Source: Paraspadella gotoi
Taxonomy: Eukaryota; Animalia; Chaetognatha
Length of the DNA: 64,000 bases
Assembly (NCBI GenBank): GCA_051294375.1
Contig: CM119264.1
Span: 495,173-559,172 of the forward strand
Reading direction: 5' to 3'
Shown here: positions 11,488 to 44,800 of the stretch, piece by piece
Numbering within the stretch: position 1 is the stretch's first letter
Layout: every line of letters starts with the position of its first letter
The notes under the pieces: generated by a model
Told to the model about the DNA's origin: nothing
Databases searched by the model: none
The model's input: the letters and a program-made list of their open reading frames with translations, nothing else
Made by a program: the position numbers and the translations under genes

Positions 11488-12075
11488 GTAGAGAGTTGAT
11501 AGTTCTTAGAGTTCTTAGATGAGGTCGTTTTCCGCAATGTTATTGCCTTATAAGTTTTATCACAACAAACCATGTTAATTTAGTTTTAATTGGTCATTGG
11601 CTTTTAACTACCTTGGGCTTTGTTTTCTTATTAATATTAATTTATGAGTATTATTATTATTATTCTTATAATAATTATTATTCTTATTATCATTATTATT
11701 ATTCGCTAACCGTTCTAATACGAGGGTCAAGACCTAAATACGTTGATTCCAGCTTCAACTTTTTTTCCCGCCAAACTTATTGTGGGGTCAGGTTTTACGC
11801 TCTCCCGTCCCGTCTTTATGTCCCTTTTAACACTTTCTCTTTCTTTCTTTTTCTGTCTGACGAATCGTGGGATTCCTGATCCTTTGATCTCGCCGCCGAA
11901 ACAAGACTATTGACCCTGTTTCGCCTTAACCCTAATTGCTGGGATTATTTCATATTTATTCATTATTATTACAAACTAATTACGAGAAAAAGTATTCAAT
12001 TTTTTTTTGATTCTCTGTTTTTAACTTTTTTTTCTCAATGGAAAAGATTTTTATTTTTTTCAAACGGGATTTCTT

Positions 12076-12116
<41 letters not shown>

Positions 12117-13906
12117 GAAAGCTGCTTCCAAGTTTTCCTTTACAGCTTCGATATTGACACAGCCAACACCTGATGGAATTCTCTCTCTCTCTGCTCTCTC
12201 TCTCTCTCATCTCTCTCTCTCTCTTCTCTCCCTCTCCCTTCTCTCTCTTTTTGACCCCAGCCGAGAGCGAGAGAGAGAGAGAGAGAGCGAGCGCCTCGGC
12301 GAAGAATCCTATTTCTTTTCATATTTTCCTTGAGTCTAACTAATTTTGTTGAATTTGAAAATCGACGAATATTTTTTTATCAAGTCTGGATACTTTGTTT
12401 CGATTTCTCCTTTTCAAAAAATTATACTCAACGATTCCAGCCTTGTAAGTATAATTTGGGCTCTCTTTTCTTACAGCACCCCACTTCTTTTCCTTTATCT
12501 CTGAATTTAATTTTAATCTTAATATTTAATTTAAATATGTTTATTAATTTGTAATCTTATTCTCTATGCCTAATCTCTGACCCTAATCACTAACCTTAAT
12601 AATTAACTCTATCCTTTATACTTTAATTTTTTTTTTAACAAAAAAATTTACTTAATTTCAAATTTTTAATAAGCGAAACGGGCCCTTTTGAGAAAATAAG
12701 GCTAAAATTAGATATTATTGGCAAAAGTATTATTTATCTTTCTTTCCGCTCCGATTATTCATACAGCAAATTCGATTGATTAGAAATATTACACCTTGTT
12801 AAACATTTTGATTTCCCCCTCTCGAATTTCATTTCTTGTTAAATATTTGTTCAATACAAGTGATTCTACATTGATGTATTTATTTCCTTTTTTTTTAAAT
12901 TTATTTCCTTGATTTTTCGCTCCGATCGCAAAATGTGCTACTACGGGGATCCGTTACATTTTTTTTATCCTTAATGTGACTGTTACTGAAATATTGCATT
13001 TATCTGTTATATTTTGCGTTTTGTCAATTTAACACTTGTGATATTACATTCATCATTTACGTCAAACTCTTAACGGCTTTCGTTCGAGGCTTGTTTATGC
13101 TATCGTCTATCGAATGTATAAATATAACTTTTGTTAATATCTAGAAAAAGAAATGTGTTCAGCTGGACCAGGTTAGAAACCATTGGTTGACCCTCAAATT
13201 GATCAGACCTTTTGTCGCTGACCATCTGCCAAAATCAATTCTTAAAAAAAAAATTCATTCGAACACCTTACGAATGGAAGGGGGTTTGCCCGTTTCCTGA
13301 CAGCGCTTTTTGGGGTCAGGTCCGTGAATGGACATGTGACCATTTTCGATCCCTTTGTCCGTCTCGTTTGACCCCCACCTGGGCGACTCTAACTTTCCCC
13401 TTTTGTTTACCGTTGGGATCCGAACTTTGGCTTTCCCTTGTTTTTATGAGTCGCCGTTGGCCCCGATCGAAAATCGGTGTTATTGTAAAAAGCGACTGAA
13501 ATCAGAGATCCCGGTGCGTAGGAGTAATATTGTTTATGTTTTAAGTAATTAAAAATATTGTATAAAATATATATCTTTAAAATATAAAAGTTTTTTATAA
13601 AATTAACAAAAATATTTTTAAATATCTTAAACTTACTTTTTATTATCTTTCTCTGTTTATTTTTTTCTCTGTTTAATTTGTTTTATTTGATAGGACCAAT
13701 GAGGGTTTGCCATTTTTGAAGAAAATTATAATAAAAATATATTAAATAAAAAATATATTATATTATGAAATGATTATAAAGATATTTTTAATTTTGCGGA
13801 AAATATTCCAACCGACCGGGATCTCTGTTTCTCTGCCATTGATATTGGGAATTATTCATGGATTACAATGACTTTCGGATGCCAAGAATCTGGCCACGGT
13901 CCGCTG

Positions 13907-13951
<45 letters not shown>

Positions 13952-14560
13952 ATCTTACTGACCATTTTTTGTCGCACCATCGGTTCCTATCGCCGATTTT
14001 ATCGTCCCCCGCTCAATCTCTTTCCTGATTGGTCGACGTTATCAATCTCTTTCCAGATTGGTCGATATTCTCGATCTTTTTTCTCATTGGTCGGTTCGGC
14101 GTCGCGGCCTTCGCCCTTCGTTTGGTCTCAATATCTCTCTCTCTCCCTCTCCGCTCTCTCTCTCTGTCTCACTTTTCGCAGTGTCACCCTTAGAGAAAGA
14201 GAGAGAGGGAGAGGTGAAGAATCACGAACGCATTGTCCACGTGATTTCTCCGTAGGAAAGAGAGAGAGTGAGAGAGAGAGAGATAAATCAAATAAAATGA
14301 AATCATTCTCTTTTCTCAATTCAAAGCGACGGCTTATTTTTCTTCTTCTGTCCAGTTTTAAAGTCCGGGAATCAAAAAGTTAAATAAAATCGAACGAATT
14401 GAAAAGAAAAAAAATTAAAGTAAAAAAGAAAAAGGGGGGAAAAATTATACTAAAAACGTACCAAATAAAATATGAATAAAAACGAAAAAAAAGAGAAAAA
14501 AAGAAGAAAAATAAAAAAAGGAAAGTGGCGGATTCCTCTCTCTCTCGTCTCTCTCTCTCG

Positions 14561-14611
<51 letters not shown>

Positions 14612-15794
14612 TTTGGCTCTCCGGATTTTCCGAGCTTCTCTTTCTCTCTCTTTCTCTGTCTCGCTCTCCCTCTTCTCTCTTTCGCTCTCCCTCTTTCCAG
14701 CTCTGTTTTCTGCCTTTGTTATTTTCCATCTTCCCTTTTTCTTTCCAGGTGCATTTCGCCATCCAAGATCACGCCTCGTTCCTTGTTTTTGCAAGCGCAA
14801 ATTTATTTGGATTAAAACCATTCTCTCTCTCTCTCTCTCTTCTTCTTCTCTCTCTCTCTCTCTCCTCTCTCTCTCTTCTCTCTCTCTCTCTTCTATTTAT
14901 CCCCCCTCCAACATTCGAAAACGCTTCGATCACGGATTTTTCCTCTCTATAACTTGGCCCCGACTTTCTTCGTCCGGGATTTTTCATTCACTCTTATTCA
15001 TCATCGTTCGTTTCCTCTCCTCTCTCTCTCTCTCTCTTCTCTCTCTCTATCTCATCTCCATCATCTCGTCTCTCTCTCTCTCTCTCTCTATCGTTTTCAG
15101 ATCGTAAACTCCTTTTCCCTTTATCTCTTTTCGAAATTTTTCAAAATCTTTGGATTGAAATTATTTGCTTCATTATCGTTCGCTTCCTCGGATAATTGAA
15201 CCTTTGAAAAAAAAAAGACAAAAGAAAATTAAAGAAATAAAGATTTCTAATTTTACGAGGTGTTTATTTTAAATGACGCCGCTACTAAAAACTTATTTAA
15301 AAAATTTAATATAATTTTTATTAATTTTTTATGGATTTTAATTTTGATAAAATTTTATTTTTACTGATTAAGGTTTTGGCATCTTTTGAAAAACTATTTA
15401 AAAATACTTTAAAAAAAAAATTATTTAATTACCCTAACCTTAAACCTTTTTAACCTTAACCACTTTTAACCTTTAATTACCCTCAAATCGAGCACCCTTA
15501 ACCATAAACCCTCTTAACCCTGGATGGGGAAAATCAAATTAATTTTAAATAAAATTTAATTTTTAAAAATATTAATATTCTTAAAAAGTTTTATAATAAA
15601 TAAAATAAATTTTATTATTATAATTTATTTTTATTTTAGCTTAATTTTTTTTAAAAATATATAAATGTATAGATTTTTAATTACTAACTTTTTTTTTGGT
15701 AACGGCGAGATTTAAATTGTCACCCTGTACTTTTTTCTTCAACTCGATTTTTTTTCCTTAAGCGAGAAAGAAATTCATTGCGAATTCATATTGA

Positions 15795-15840
<46 letters not shown>

Positions 15841-16239
15841 TTTAGACATTCATTGTGGAAGAAAAGTCTCTCACTATCTCTCTCTCTCTCTCATTCGAAA
15901 AAAAAACAGTATTAGCAGGATTTTAATATGCAAATGAGCGGGAAAGGTTATTGCGTTTGATTCGTCGTCGCACACACCTGGACGAAAGCGGAAGACACCT
16001 TTTTGGCGACCACTTCTTCGAGTGTCTCCAGCTGCTCGTCCGCTCTTTTGAAGGAGGGATGCTCGCTCTCTCAGCACGTTCGACGTACTGCGTTCGCTAC
16101 CGACGCCGACGCCTCGGTCCGCCTTTTTTATTCTGTGACTTCAGAAGAAATGATATAAAATCTTCTTCCCTTAATAAAGCAGCGACTGGGAAAAAGGGGG
16201 AAAAAATTTATAATTTTTTGGGGGCCTCCAAAAACTCTT

Positions 16240-16278
<39 letters not shown>

Positions 16279-17114
16279 TTTATAAATTCGCTCAATTAGA
16301 GAGAGAAGGGTTCTTTCTTGATGACCCTTTGCCGAAGTATGCTAATTAGCCTCAATCCGCCAACTCAAAAAGAGAGAGAGAGAGAGAGAGAGAGTTGCCC
16401 CCGGGCGTATAAGCGCTCGCACTATGGATTTGTGTGTCTGTGGGGAGAGAGAGAAACGAAAAGAAAAAAGGAAGCAATTTGCTGTCAGTTGAGCACTGAT
16501 GATGATATCTCAATTTTTCAAACCGTTTATTAATCATACTTGTCTCTTTTTTCTTTTTTCGAGTGCGAGAGTAAAGAGCTTCTTCGTGCGAGAGAGAGAG
16601 AGAGAGCGCTTTTTCCCCCTCGTCTCTCATTATCATTATACACCTGCTGGCAAAGTGGCAGATCTCGTCCCTCCTCTTTTAAAATCTCTCTCTCTCTCTC
16701 TCTCTGACTCTCTCTTTTTCTCTCGCCGTGGGCCTAACGAGGCCTATCTCTCTCTCTCTCTCTCTCTCTCCCCCCTCGTATAATAAACTGCTCTTTCCGC
16801 AGAAGGGGACAACGGATCCGTACGTCCGTCCCTCGGGTCTGTCGGTCCGTCGAGAAGTCATCTTCTTTTGTCTTCATCCCTGATTTTTTTTTCCGTTTCT
16901 CATTTATCCGTTAAAAAAAGAGGGGAATTAAAAGGGAGTTAGCGAGATGAGAGAGAGAGAGAGAGAAGAGAAAAAAATCGTCTCTGTCTCTCTCTTTCCT
17001 GTCCGCGACTTTTCTAGTTCCAGTTACGACGACGACGACGACGTCGGACTTAAAATCTTGATGTTTTCATTAAGAGATTCGAAAACTCGTTTTTGACGCC
17101 TTCTCTTCCCTCTT

Positions 17115-17162
<48 letters not shown>

Positions 17163-17534
17163 CCGAGAAAACCCCCTTTTAATAACGCTCCGACGGATTC
17201 CGTCTTTCAACTCGGATATGACATCGTAATCAAGGAGCGACTTCTCTCTCTCTCTCTCTTCCTCGATCTCTTTCCCTCGCTCTCTTTTCATTTTAATTTT
17301 ATTTGCTCCATGTTTACCCCTCACATTTCCATTCACTTTTTCCGCGCGTGATTTTTTTTCTGTGATATTTTTCCTCCGTGAGACACTCACGAATCTCCTT
17401 TCATCGTTCACAAAACGTGAAATTATCTTTCAAAATCCTCGGGTTAACGATTTTTTTTTCTTAAACTTCGGTTTCGATTTTGCCTTAAATGGCCGACGCA
17501 GTAAATCACTTAATAAATTGGTAGTAGTCGTCAA

Positions 17535-17571
<37 letters not shown>

Positions 17572-17973
17572 CTCTCCTCGTCTCTCCGGTTGAGACCCCT
17601 TTATCCTCCATTTTTTGAACTTATTGGATTAATAGAGTAATACAGTTTTCGAGGTTAAATATCCAACCCAAAACATTTTGCTCCGCGCTAAAACAAGATC
17701 TACATTCTTTTTTTTCGAATACTCTTAATATTCGAAAAACAATATTTAACTAATAAATACTTTCTCCCCTTTTTTTTTCACTTCGCAGATTTTTTCAGCG
17801 ACGCGTGACGATTTTTCAACTCTGGATTAAAACCATTCTGGCCATTTTAAATGAAGTTCAGCTTAGCTTAAATCAACTCGCGAAATAAGAAATTAAATAC
17901 AAAATCACATTGGCAACGACCAAAAAAAGGGATAATAATCGAGGATAGACGAACTTACCTCTTCTTCTCCGCC

Positions 17974-36077
<18,104 letters not shown>

Positions 36078-38247
36078 TAGGATCGTCTTAATGCCTGATG
36101 AATAAGAATCTCTACGCCTGAATGGATCATCACCGTGCCGGTCCTCGCCCCCGGTCTGGACCGAAACGTGCCCGGGGGACCTTTCGACGGATCGCGAAAG
36201 GAAAAAAAAAAGATTAAGTGAGAAAGTTCGAGAAAAAAAACTTGTCTTGGTTGGCACATTCCGTATTTTCTGAGACTCGATACATAAAAAAAAACAAAAA
36301 AACAAGGCTTCCCTCTCTTTTTGAAGAAAGGAACCTTGCCTCGAAAACATGGCATGACATTCAAATGACATGGCATGAAACGTTCTAGTTTTTTTGTTGA
36401 TGTAGCTTCTGTACGTGTATGATAATTTTTTTTTTGAGAGTGCCATAACATACTTTTTTTTCATTAAATGATTGGATTTGACATGTTGTCTACTTCACAA
36501 TTTCTCGCAATGTACATAAAAGAAATTATTATTTTTTGTTGATTAAGCTCTGTTGTATAGATTAACAGTTTTAACTATGTTTTCCTATGATGTCCGTGAT
36601 AATAAAATTCAAAATGGATTCTGTTTTTGTTTATTTTTAATTTTAATGTTTCAAGAGTTTCCTGATTTAGCCAGCTCCAGGGGGGGAAGAAAATTCTTTG
36701 TTAACTGCTCTATATATTTTTGAGCCAAAGTGAAACGATTATTATAAATTAGCAATCATTTATGAAAAATCCGTAATTTATTCACGTCAAAAAATGTCAT
36801 TTATTGTTCAGACTCAAAATTGACATATATTTTTGTTTTATTGAATTAAGCGCCCAAGGAGTACAAAAAGAATGGGATAAAACTTATTTCCGAGTTTTCG
36901 AAATTTAAAATAAAAAGTTGAAGAAATTTGTTAAGTTAGTATTTCAATTTAAAATTTAAAAAATTAATTTGCACTGAGAACGAAATTAATAGCGTTCGGT
37001 TATGTTTATATTTCGAAATAATACATGTATGTCTGTATGTATCTAAGTTAGTTGTTTTTGTAAGTATAAAGGCAAAAAATTATCAAATTTGAACTTGCCA
37101 TCAAGTTTTTAACTCAACGCGAAACAAACGAGTTGTACTTTCCTTCTCTCCTCCTTATTTCGTGATAAATTTTAAACGTTTAACTAGACAATGAAGTGAC
37201 TAGAGGGTCGCCTTGCCTCTCTGAGTCTGGACAGCCCCCACAATTAGTGAGTTGCGTTGCTTTCCGGAACTTTGGATCCGGCGCTTAGCTTGCAACCGGT
37301 GCCACCGGCGGTGGTTTATATGTTTATTAGCAGATTTCGGCTCTATAATTCACTTTGTCGGTCTTTCGGTCGCTACCCATTATCTTGTCGGTAAGTCATT
37401 TATATCATTTCAGAAATCGAATTATAAAAAATTATGCCAAAAAAAATGATGTCCGTCCGTCCGTCCCCCCTTAGCTTTGAACGCCAATTACTCATGTGTG
37501 GATGAAGCGATTCACTATAAATTTTGTGTGTGTTTAAAGAAGCGAGTGATTAAGCAGGAAATCAAGTTTCGATGGAATCGACCGAGTGGAAATGAGTTTA
37601 AATGGAAAAAATAAAAAAAGACTGTTTCACTATTTGATTATGCTTTTTTTTCTTTTTATATCAAATGTAAATGTCAGTTACATTAATCATTCATTTAATT
37701 AATCAATTAATTAATCAAATAATAAACCAATTACCTTATTAACTTTCAATCAATTAATTTATCAATCAATTATTCAATCACTTGATTTATCAATCAATAA
37801 ATTATTTCATTAAATATTATTTTATTTAAATAATTAATTAATCGATCAATCATTCAATTAATCATCGTCGATGTTGTCGTCGTCGTCATCGCCATCATCG
37901 TCGTTGCAACAAATAAGTTTGTGCAAACCATTAATTAATTAGTAAATTAATTAATTAATTAACATTTAATTATTTAATCGTTGAACTAATTAATTACCGC
38001 TAATGATCGTAGGCAGATCCGACATTGTTTGCTCAAACTAGTTTTTTAACGATCAACAGTTACTAAGCAATTTTCAGTAAACCGTCAAATTGTATCTCAT
38101 TTCCAACTCTTTTAGGAAAACATTGTGAAATCGGTAGAACCTATATAAAAATTATCCATTCATCTAATAAATAAGCTCTCTTGCCCCTTATTTTGTATTT
38201 AATTTGAATTTAATTTGAATTTGAATATTGTCATTAATTTGTCCTTA

Positions 38248-38294
<47 letters not shown>

Positions 38295-38820
38295 CTCCGC
38301 TGTTCTTTTCTCTTTTTTTCCTCCACTTCCTTTCCTCCTCGAAACTGGACGCGTCTCCTCGCGGAAGAAAAAAATATTTGGTCGAGCGTAAAACTTGATT
38401 CAAAACCTCGGTCCGGTGCGTGACTCACTCTCTGTTTACCTCTCTCTCTCTCTCACTCTCGGCTTTAATATTTAAAGTCAAAAAGTCCCTCCGTAAATAT
38501 CGTACCAAAATTAATTAATTAATTGATTAATCGGTAAATTTATCCTTTTGCCGACTGGGACTTTGGCTTTTTTTTAATAATAATGTGAAAAAATGTTTTT
38601 ATTAAAAAAATAGTTAAAAATATTACTTATAGTAATCCTATTATTTTTAAATTTGAATTACTTTAAACCTCCCCTAACCACAGTGGGTGAAAGGAAAATT
38701 AAGCCACAATTATTTAATCAATTAATTATTTAATCCTTTTTTTTGTTTTTAGAAAGATCGCGAGAAGTTATTTTCTCTCGTCAACTTGACGAGCTATTGG
38801 AGCTGTTGGAGACGACGAAG

Positions 38821-41800
38821 ATGAACAAAACTACGACGATGTCGTCGTCGTCGTCCGCAGCCATGTCAACATCATCGGTTATGATGGTAAAAGTGATGTA
38901 ATTATGGAATCGATACTAAAATTTATTCATTTATTCTATGAAAAAGCTGTGTTAATTCCCGACTTTGGACAGGTTATGGTGGGTTAAGTCTTCCCTCTTA
39001 CAAGACTTTATCGTCCTTATCCTAATGTAATTACTCTGGGAGTGAATAAACGAGACTGTGAGAGAGTCTTGATTGAAAGCTTGCAGGGACCTGCAATGTC
39101 ATTATCTTGTAAGAGTGATGGAGGCCTTAAACCACCAAAGCCTGTCCAAAGTCAGGGGCAAGATAGCTTATTTATTAAATGAATAATAATTTATATTGGT
39201 TGTACCAATTTCATAAAATTCAGCTCCTTGTATTTTTGATGCTAGTGCGGAGTACAATAAGTATTCCCCGATCTAATACTTAAGGGAGTGGTCTTTTCTA
39301 CAATTGAAACATTCTTTGAAATATTATACCACTTCATTGATAGGGAAGCCAGTACTCTGGGAGTGAATAAACGAGACTGTGAGAGAGTCTTGATTGAAAG
39401 CTTGCAGGGACCTGCAATGTCATTATCTTGTAAGAGTGATGGAGGCCTTAAACCACCAAAGCCTGTCCAAAGTCAGGGCAAGATAGCTTATTTATTAAAT
39501 GAATGGATAATTTTTATATTGGTTGTACCAATTTCATATAATATATTATTATTAGTTAAACAAATTCTATGGAAAGATCGACCCACCGTCGCTCGTCCGT
39601 ACTGAAAGGCAAGATCGCTTGTATAATGTTTGAAAAAATATAAATGTAGCCACAATATTAATATTGATACTTTGAGAGACATCTGAATGACCTGAGGTCA
39701 ATTCCTGTCACCAGAGCAGATACATTTCAGTTAATAACCCCCGAATAATAACTTGCCCCAACCCAAATTTCCCTCCCCTAAATAGTCTGAGACGACGTCA
39801 GCGCCATCTACCCGGTGGCTGACGTCGTGTTCCTCGTGGAGTGTAACGCCAACTTGGGTCCTCACATTGACACGCTCAAGAACGCCTACATCCATCCGGC
39901 GTTGCTTCATTTTAACGGGGACCGTCCATGGACACCGGAGATTACGGGATGGACAGGCTATCCACGATGTACAGGTTTTAAAATGAAAGATTGGTTCGTG
40001 TTGGGGTGATTTTTAACGTAAAATTTACTGTATCGCTGTATCGATGATTATTATGATAATTAATCATAATCGGAAATAAAGTTTTATTGATTAAATCACG
40101 AAAGAAAATAGGTTTGTTTTCATTTCAAACATATCGCAAAAGTCTGTCCAACATATCGTTGTATTAACAATTTTTTTAGTAAATAATGAAAAAAATGTTT
40201 ACACGAGGGTCTCGTAGCTTCGGGGTCCAAGAACGGTGATCCTTGAACTTTTACCGGTGGCGAGAGAAGTCTTTTATGGTATTATTGAAGAGACAGAATA
40301 ATTAATATGAGTTGATTATAGATTATTATTGATATTATTATATTATGAATATTAATTATGCTATGTAATTATCTTGTGAAGAGTGATGGAGGCCTTAAAC
40401 CACCAAAGCCTGTCCAAAGTCAGGGGCAGATAGCTTATTTATTAAATGAATGGATAATTTTTATATTGGTTGAACCAATTTCATAAAATTCAGCTCCTTG
40501 TATTTTGATGCTAGTGCGGAGTACAATAAGTATTCCCCGATCTGATACTTAAGGGAGTGGTCTTTTCATACAATTGAAACATTCTTTGAAATATTTTCCA
40601 CTTCATTGATAGGGAAGCCAGGTACTCTGGGAGTGAAATAAACGGGACTGTGAGAGAGTCTTGATTGAAAGCTTGCAGGGACCTGCTATGTAATTATCTT
40701 GTAAGAGTGATGGAGGCCTTAAACCACCAAAGCCTGTCCAAAGTCAGGGGCAAGATAGCTTATTTATTAAAATGAATGGATAATTTTATATTGGTTGAAC
40801 CAATTTCATTTATTGTGACGCAACAAGTTTTCAGAGTAAGAATGATTTATCTTCAACAACGTTATAAACAATAACAGTTCAAAATGCTCAGATGCTAAGT
40901 CTATTACAATGGTATTTGACAAAGGTCAACGTTTGACCATAAAGGTCAACCGTTTTGACCATAAATTATAGTTGGGGGAAATGAGCGAGGTAGGTTGGTA
41001 ATGGTCATGTGGTTTGACAAGGTTGCGTGTGCTCTAGATGTTCGTCCACACATCCCCCACCAAGCCTTTGACCGGTGGGGAGAAGGCTTGAAAAGTGATT
41101 ATTGGATGCGTCGTCGTTTTCGTCGTCGTCTCCGGCGGCTTTGAAGCATCGTCGGAAGGACGTTGATAAGAACCCGGGATTGATGAAGATTGTCGACGAG
41201 CAACTTGCGGCGTCGTGGGAACGCGAGTGGCGCCGCTTCCGTTTCGGAGGCGGGGGCATAGATGGAGCTGCTGAGACGCGCGGGCGACCATGTGGTCGCG
41301 CCTGCGGGTGGTATCAGGGAGTCAATTCCGTTTCCGTGGACGGAGCTGCTGAAGCACGCGGCGCGACCACGTGGTCGCGCTGCGGTGGTCAGGTGGTGCG
41401 ACTTCGTCGGTGACGGCAGGTTTCAGTCGATCAACGGAGATCACTCGACGCGCGGCCGCGGTATTTCGATTTGAAAGTTTTGGGACCACGTTCGAGGACG
41501 TTGTAAGGGCCGTCGTAAGGTGGTTGGAGCGGCGCGTCGAATGTCCGTCGCGTCGGACGTAGACAGCGGTCGGCGTCAGCCGAGCATTTCCGGCACATGA
41601 GAGGGTGGCGCCGCATGCCAAGCGGCGGGCAGAGGCTGCATGAGAGCAACATCTGCACGAGATTGTCGAGGAATTCGCGCGGCGAGCGGCGGCGTCGACG
41701 TCGGTTGTTGGGACCGGAAGTACTCTCCAGGGAGCGTCAGAGTCTCTCCAGCGTTAGCTCTGCGGGGAGGCGTCCGAATCTTCTCGCGGAGTTGCGCGGA

Positions 41801-44800
41801 GGCTCAAGAGAGTCCATGGAAGCTGCGCCAGCCAGTTATGTCCGGCGGCCGTCGCAGCGGGCGCGCAGGGCTGCCTTTAGCGTCCGATGAAGGCGCTCGA
41901 CCATGCCCGTTGGATTGGGGGTGGTAGGCGGTCGTCGTGGAAGGGTCGAAGCCAACTACCGCCGCCACTTGGCGCCACAATTCCGATGTAAATTGGGCGC
42001 CACGATCTGGTGGTGGTGACAACGGAGGGGACGCCAAAGCGAGAGACCCAGTTTTGCAAGAAGGCGGCGCGACGAGGCGGCGGAGGTGTCACGAAGTGGT
42101 GCCGCTTCCGGCCAGTCGCGTGAAGCGGTCAATCATCGTCAGAAGATGAGTATGACCAGAGACGGCTGGCGACAGCGGTCCCACCAGGTCGATATGGACG
42201 TGTGACGAAACGTTTGGCTGGTGGTTCGAATTTTCTGGAGCGGCGCGCGGACGTGGCGCTGCGTCTTGGCGCGCTGACAAGTGTCGCATGACGCTGCCCA
42301 TCGTGCGATGTCGGATGAGGCTGATGGCCATACGCAAGCGCTGTCGTCACGAGCTTTTTGGATGCGCGAACTCTCCGCGATGAGCATGCTGCCATGGGTG
42401 GCGTCGAACGCTGCCGGCGCGCCATGACGCTGGAACAAGTGGGCGTGCCCGGGAGCCGGAGACATCACAAATGAGTGTCGTGTTGCTGATCGGGACAGTT
42501 TTGAGACGGAGCGCCGTATGAGGGCGTTGAGGAGCCGCTGGACACGATCGTCAGTGGCTCTTGGTCAGGCCGCCATTGCTCTCCGAACTTGATGAGAGGT
42601 CGCCGACGGCGTTGACAGGTGGCGGCAATGTCCTCACGCTTTCTGCGCGTCGAGCTCGCTTCAGGTCGATCTGACGTTGGCGGTGTGCGGAGAGCTGGCG
42701 GGCGGAAGGGGTCGGCGACGTACGTTTCGCCTCCGCCGATATGACGGATTCGCCGGTGTATTCGGCGATGCCCGCAACTGGTAGGGTTGCCATGCGTGTG
42801 ATGGTTCTGGCCTTCAGTTCCCAGCAGCGCCGGCCAACAAGCGAGATGTGATCCGCTTGAGATCAGCGTGAAAGCGGCGTTTCCTTCGAACATATGGCGG
42901 AAATGGCGGATCGATGCATGGCATGCGAGAAGCTCCTTGTCGAATGGCGGCCATTTGGCTCGGTTTGGTTTCAGTGTTTGGAGTGGAACCCACAGGGGTT
43001 GCACTGGCCTCGACGAAGCTGTTCGAGGACGGCGCCGACGGCGACGTCGGAGGCATCGACTGTCAGGCCGAGAGGGCGCCGTCGATCGGATGGACCAGCA
43101 TTGTGGAGTCGGCGAGGGCGTCCTTGATTGCCTGGAGGCGGCGTCTTGCGGGGCCGCCCACTTTAGCGCGCGCGGTTTTCCGCGGAGAACTTCAAGGAGA
43201 GGGTCGGATGATGTGCAGCGCTGGGGCACAAATCGGCGATAGTAGTTGAAAAACCCAAGGAAAACGTTGAAAGTTCTTTGACACTAGTGGGCGTGGCCAT
43301 CTCGCGTAATGCCTCTACCTTTCGACGGAAGAGGGCGGACGCCATCCTTGTCAACGTTGTAGCCCAGAAACTCCAGGCTGGAGCGCACGAAAACGCATTT
43401 AGCGCGGTTGACGATAAGGCCGTGTGTTCGGCGAGCGCGTTGAAGACGCGCTTGAGAATCCTCTTGATGCTCTTCGTGTGAGTGACGATGCCACAAGACA
43501 GGTCATCAAGTAGACGAAGACGTGGGGAATGCGCCTTACAGACTTTGATCACATCATGCGTTGAAGATCCTGCCGGTCGTTTTATTCAACCAAACGGCAT
43601 GGAAGAGGAAACTCATAGAGGCCGCAACGGCTGTTGATGATCGCCGTTTTGTGGCGATCTTCTTCGCGACAGGGATCTGATGATATCCCTTGCCAGCGTC
43701 GATCTTCGAGAAACTCGTCTTCGGACGGTGCGCGGCGTTTGAAGTCCATGAGGGTGGCGGATCGGGTAGCGACTCTCGACTGGTGGACGCCGTTGAGGCG
43801 TCGTGATAGTCGCCACAGTTAGGACGAGAGAGCCAGTCTAAGGTTCGGGTGACGTATGTAGCGCGCGACGCCCGCAAGACGGTGTGAGCGTACGGATTAA
43901 TCCGCGAGTTCCAGCCATCTATCTCGAACTCGGCCTTGGCGGCGGCGAGTGCATCGTGGCGAGGCGGCGGGCGCTGGGGCCGAAGACGGGCGGACCTTTC
44001 GTCGGTATGATGATGCTCGACGCCGTGCTTAGGGGCGCGCGAGTTAAAGACGAGTTTCTGTGAGTCTGGTCGCCCATCGAGAAGTCCGGAGTAGGCCCGT
44101 CGAACGGCACGTGAGAGGTACCAGGCGGTGCCGGGCGGCGGAGGCGGTCGTGAGCATGGCCGAGTATGACCATGTAAGTCGTCGAGATCGAGAAGGGATG
44201 CGGCGTGCTGTGATCAACGCCGAGATGGAGTGCTCCATCAAAAAGCCGGCGCCGAGAATGGCGTGGCCAACGAATCGGCGATTGAGACAAGGTACTGAAA
44301 AAGCGTTTTCCCAAGTCCGAATCCCATCTCTCGGACTGCCGAAAGTTTCGATGGGTGCGTTCGTTAGCGGCGCGGAGTGGCGGGGCGATTTGTGGGCGGC
44401 TTATGCGCTGCTTTTACGGCGGCGGGTCCGCTTTTGCGCGGTGGCGCATCAGGCGGCAGAGGCTGGGGATGAGCGTCGCCTCCGGAGCCGGCGTCCGTTA
44501 GACGACGAGCCGACTCCAGAGCCAGGCGTCAGCGGTCGCGCGAGGCTAGAGAATAAGTTGAGTCGTTTCGGCCAAGCCGACGCGGGCGACTAGCGCGCTG
44601 TGCGAGCCCCCGCGCCCGTTGGCGATTTGACGGCCCGCCACTGGGCATGGCGGCCTCCAGCGGTTCAGTCCCGTGGCACTTAACACGTGGCGGCCAAAAT
44701 TGTAGGTAGAAAGCACTTTGAGCCTTCTCCTCCATGCGGCGCGTTCGCGGTGTTGGGGGGAGGGGGCGTTAAGTTGGGGCGCGTTTGCTGTTGCGTCGCG

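Larger units (their letters stand above)
39032..39536 (+). mobile_element. Family F3 two-LTR element (partial LTR, 91-bp spacer, 232-bp LTR)
   Basis: Repeat 39305-39536 begins TGAAA and ends TTTCA; upstream partial copy ends 39213; period 321; no TGG-type PBS or PPT visible. Confidence 0.8.
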
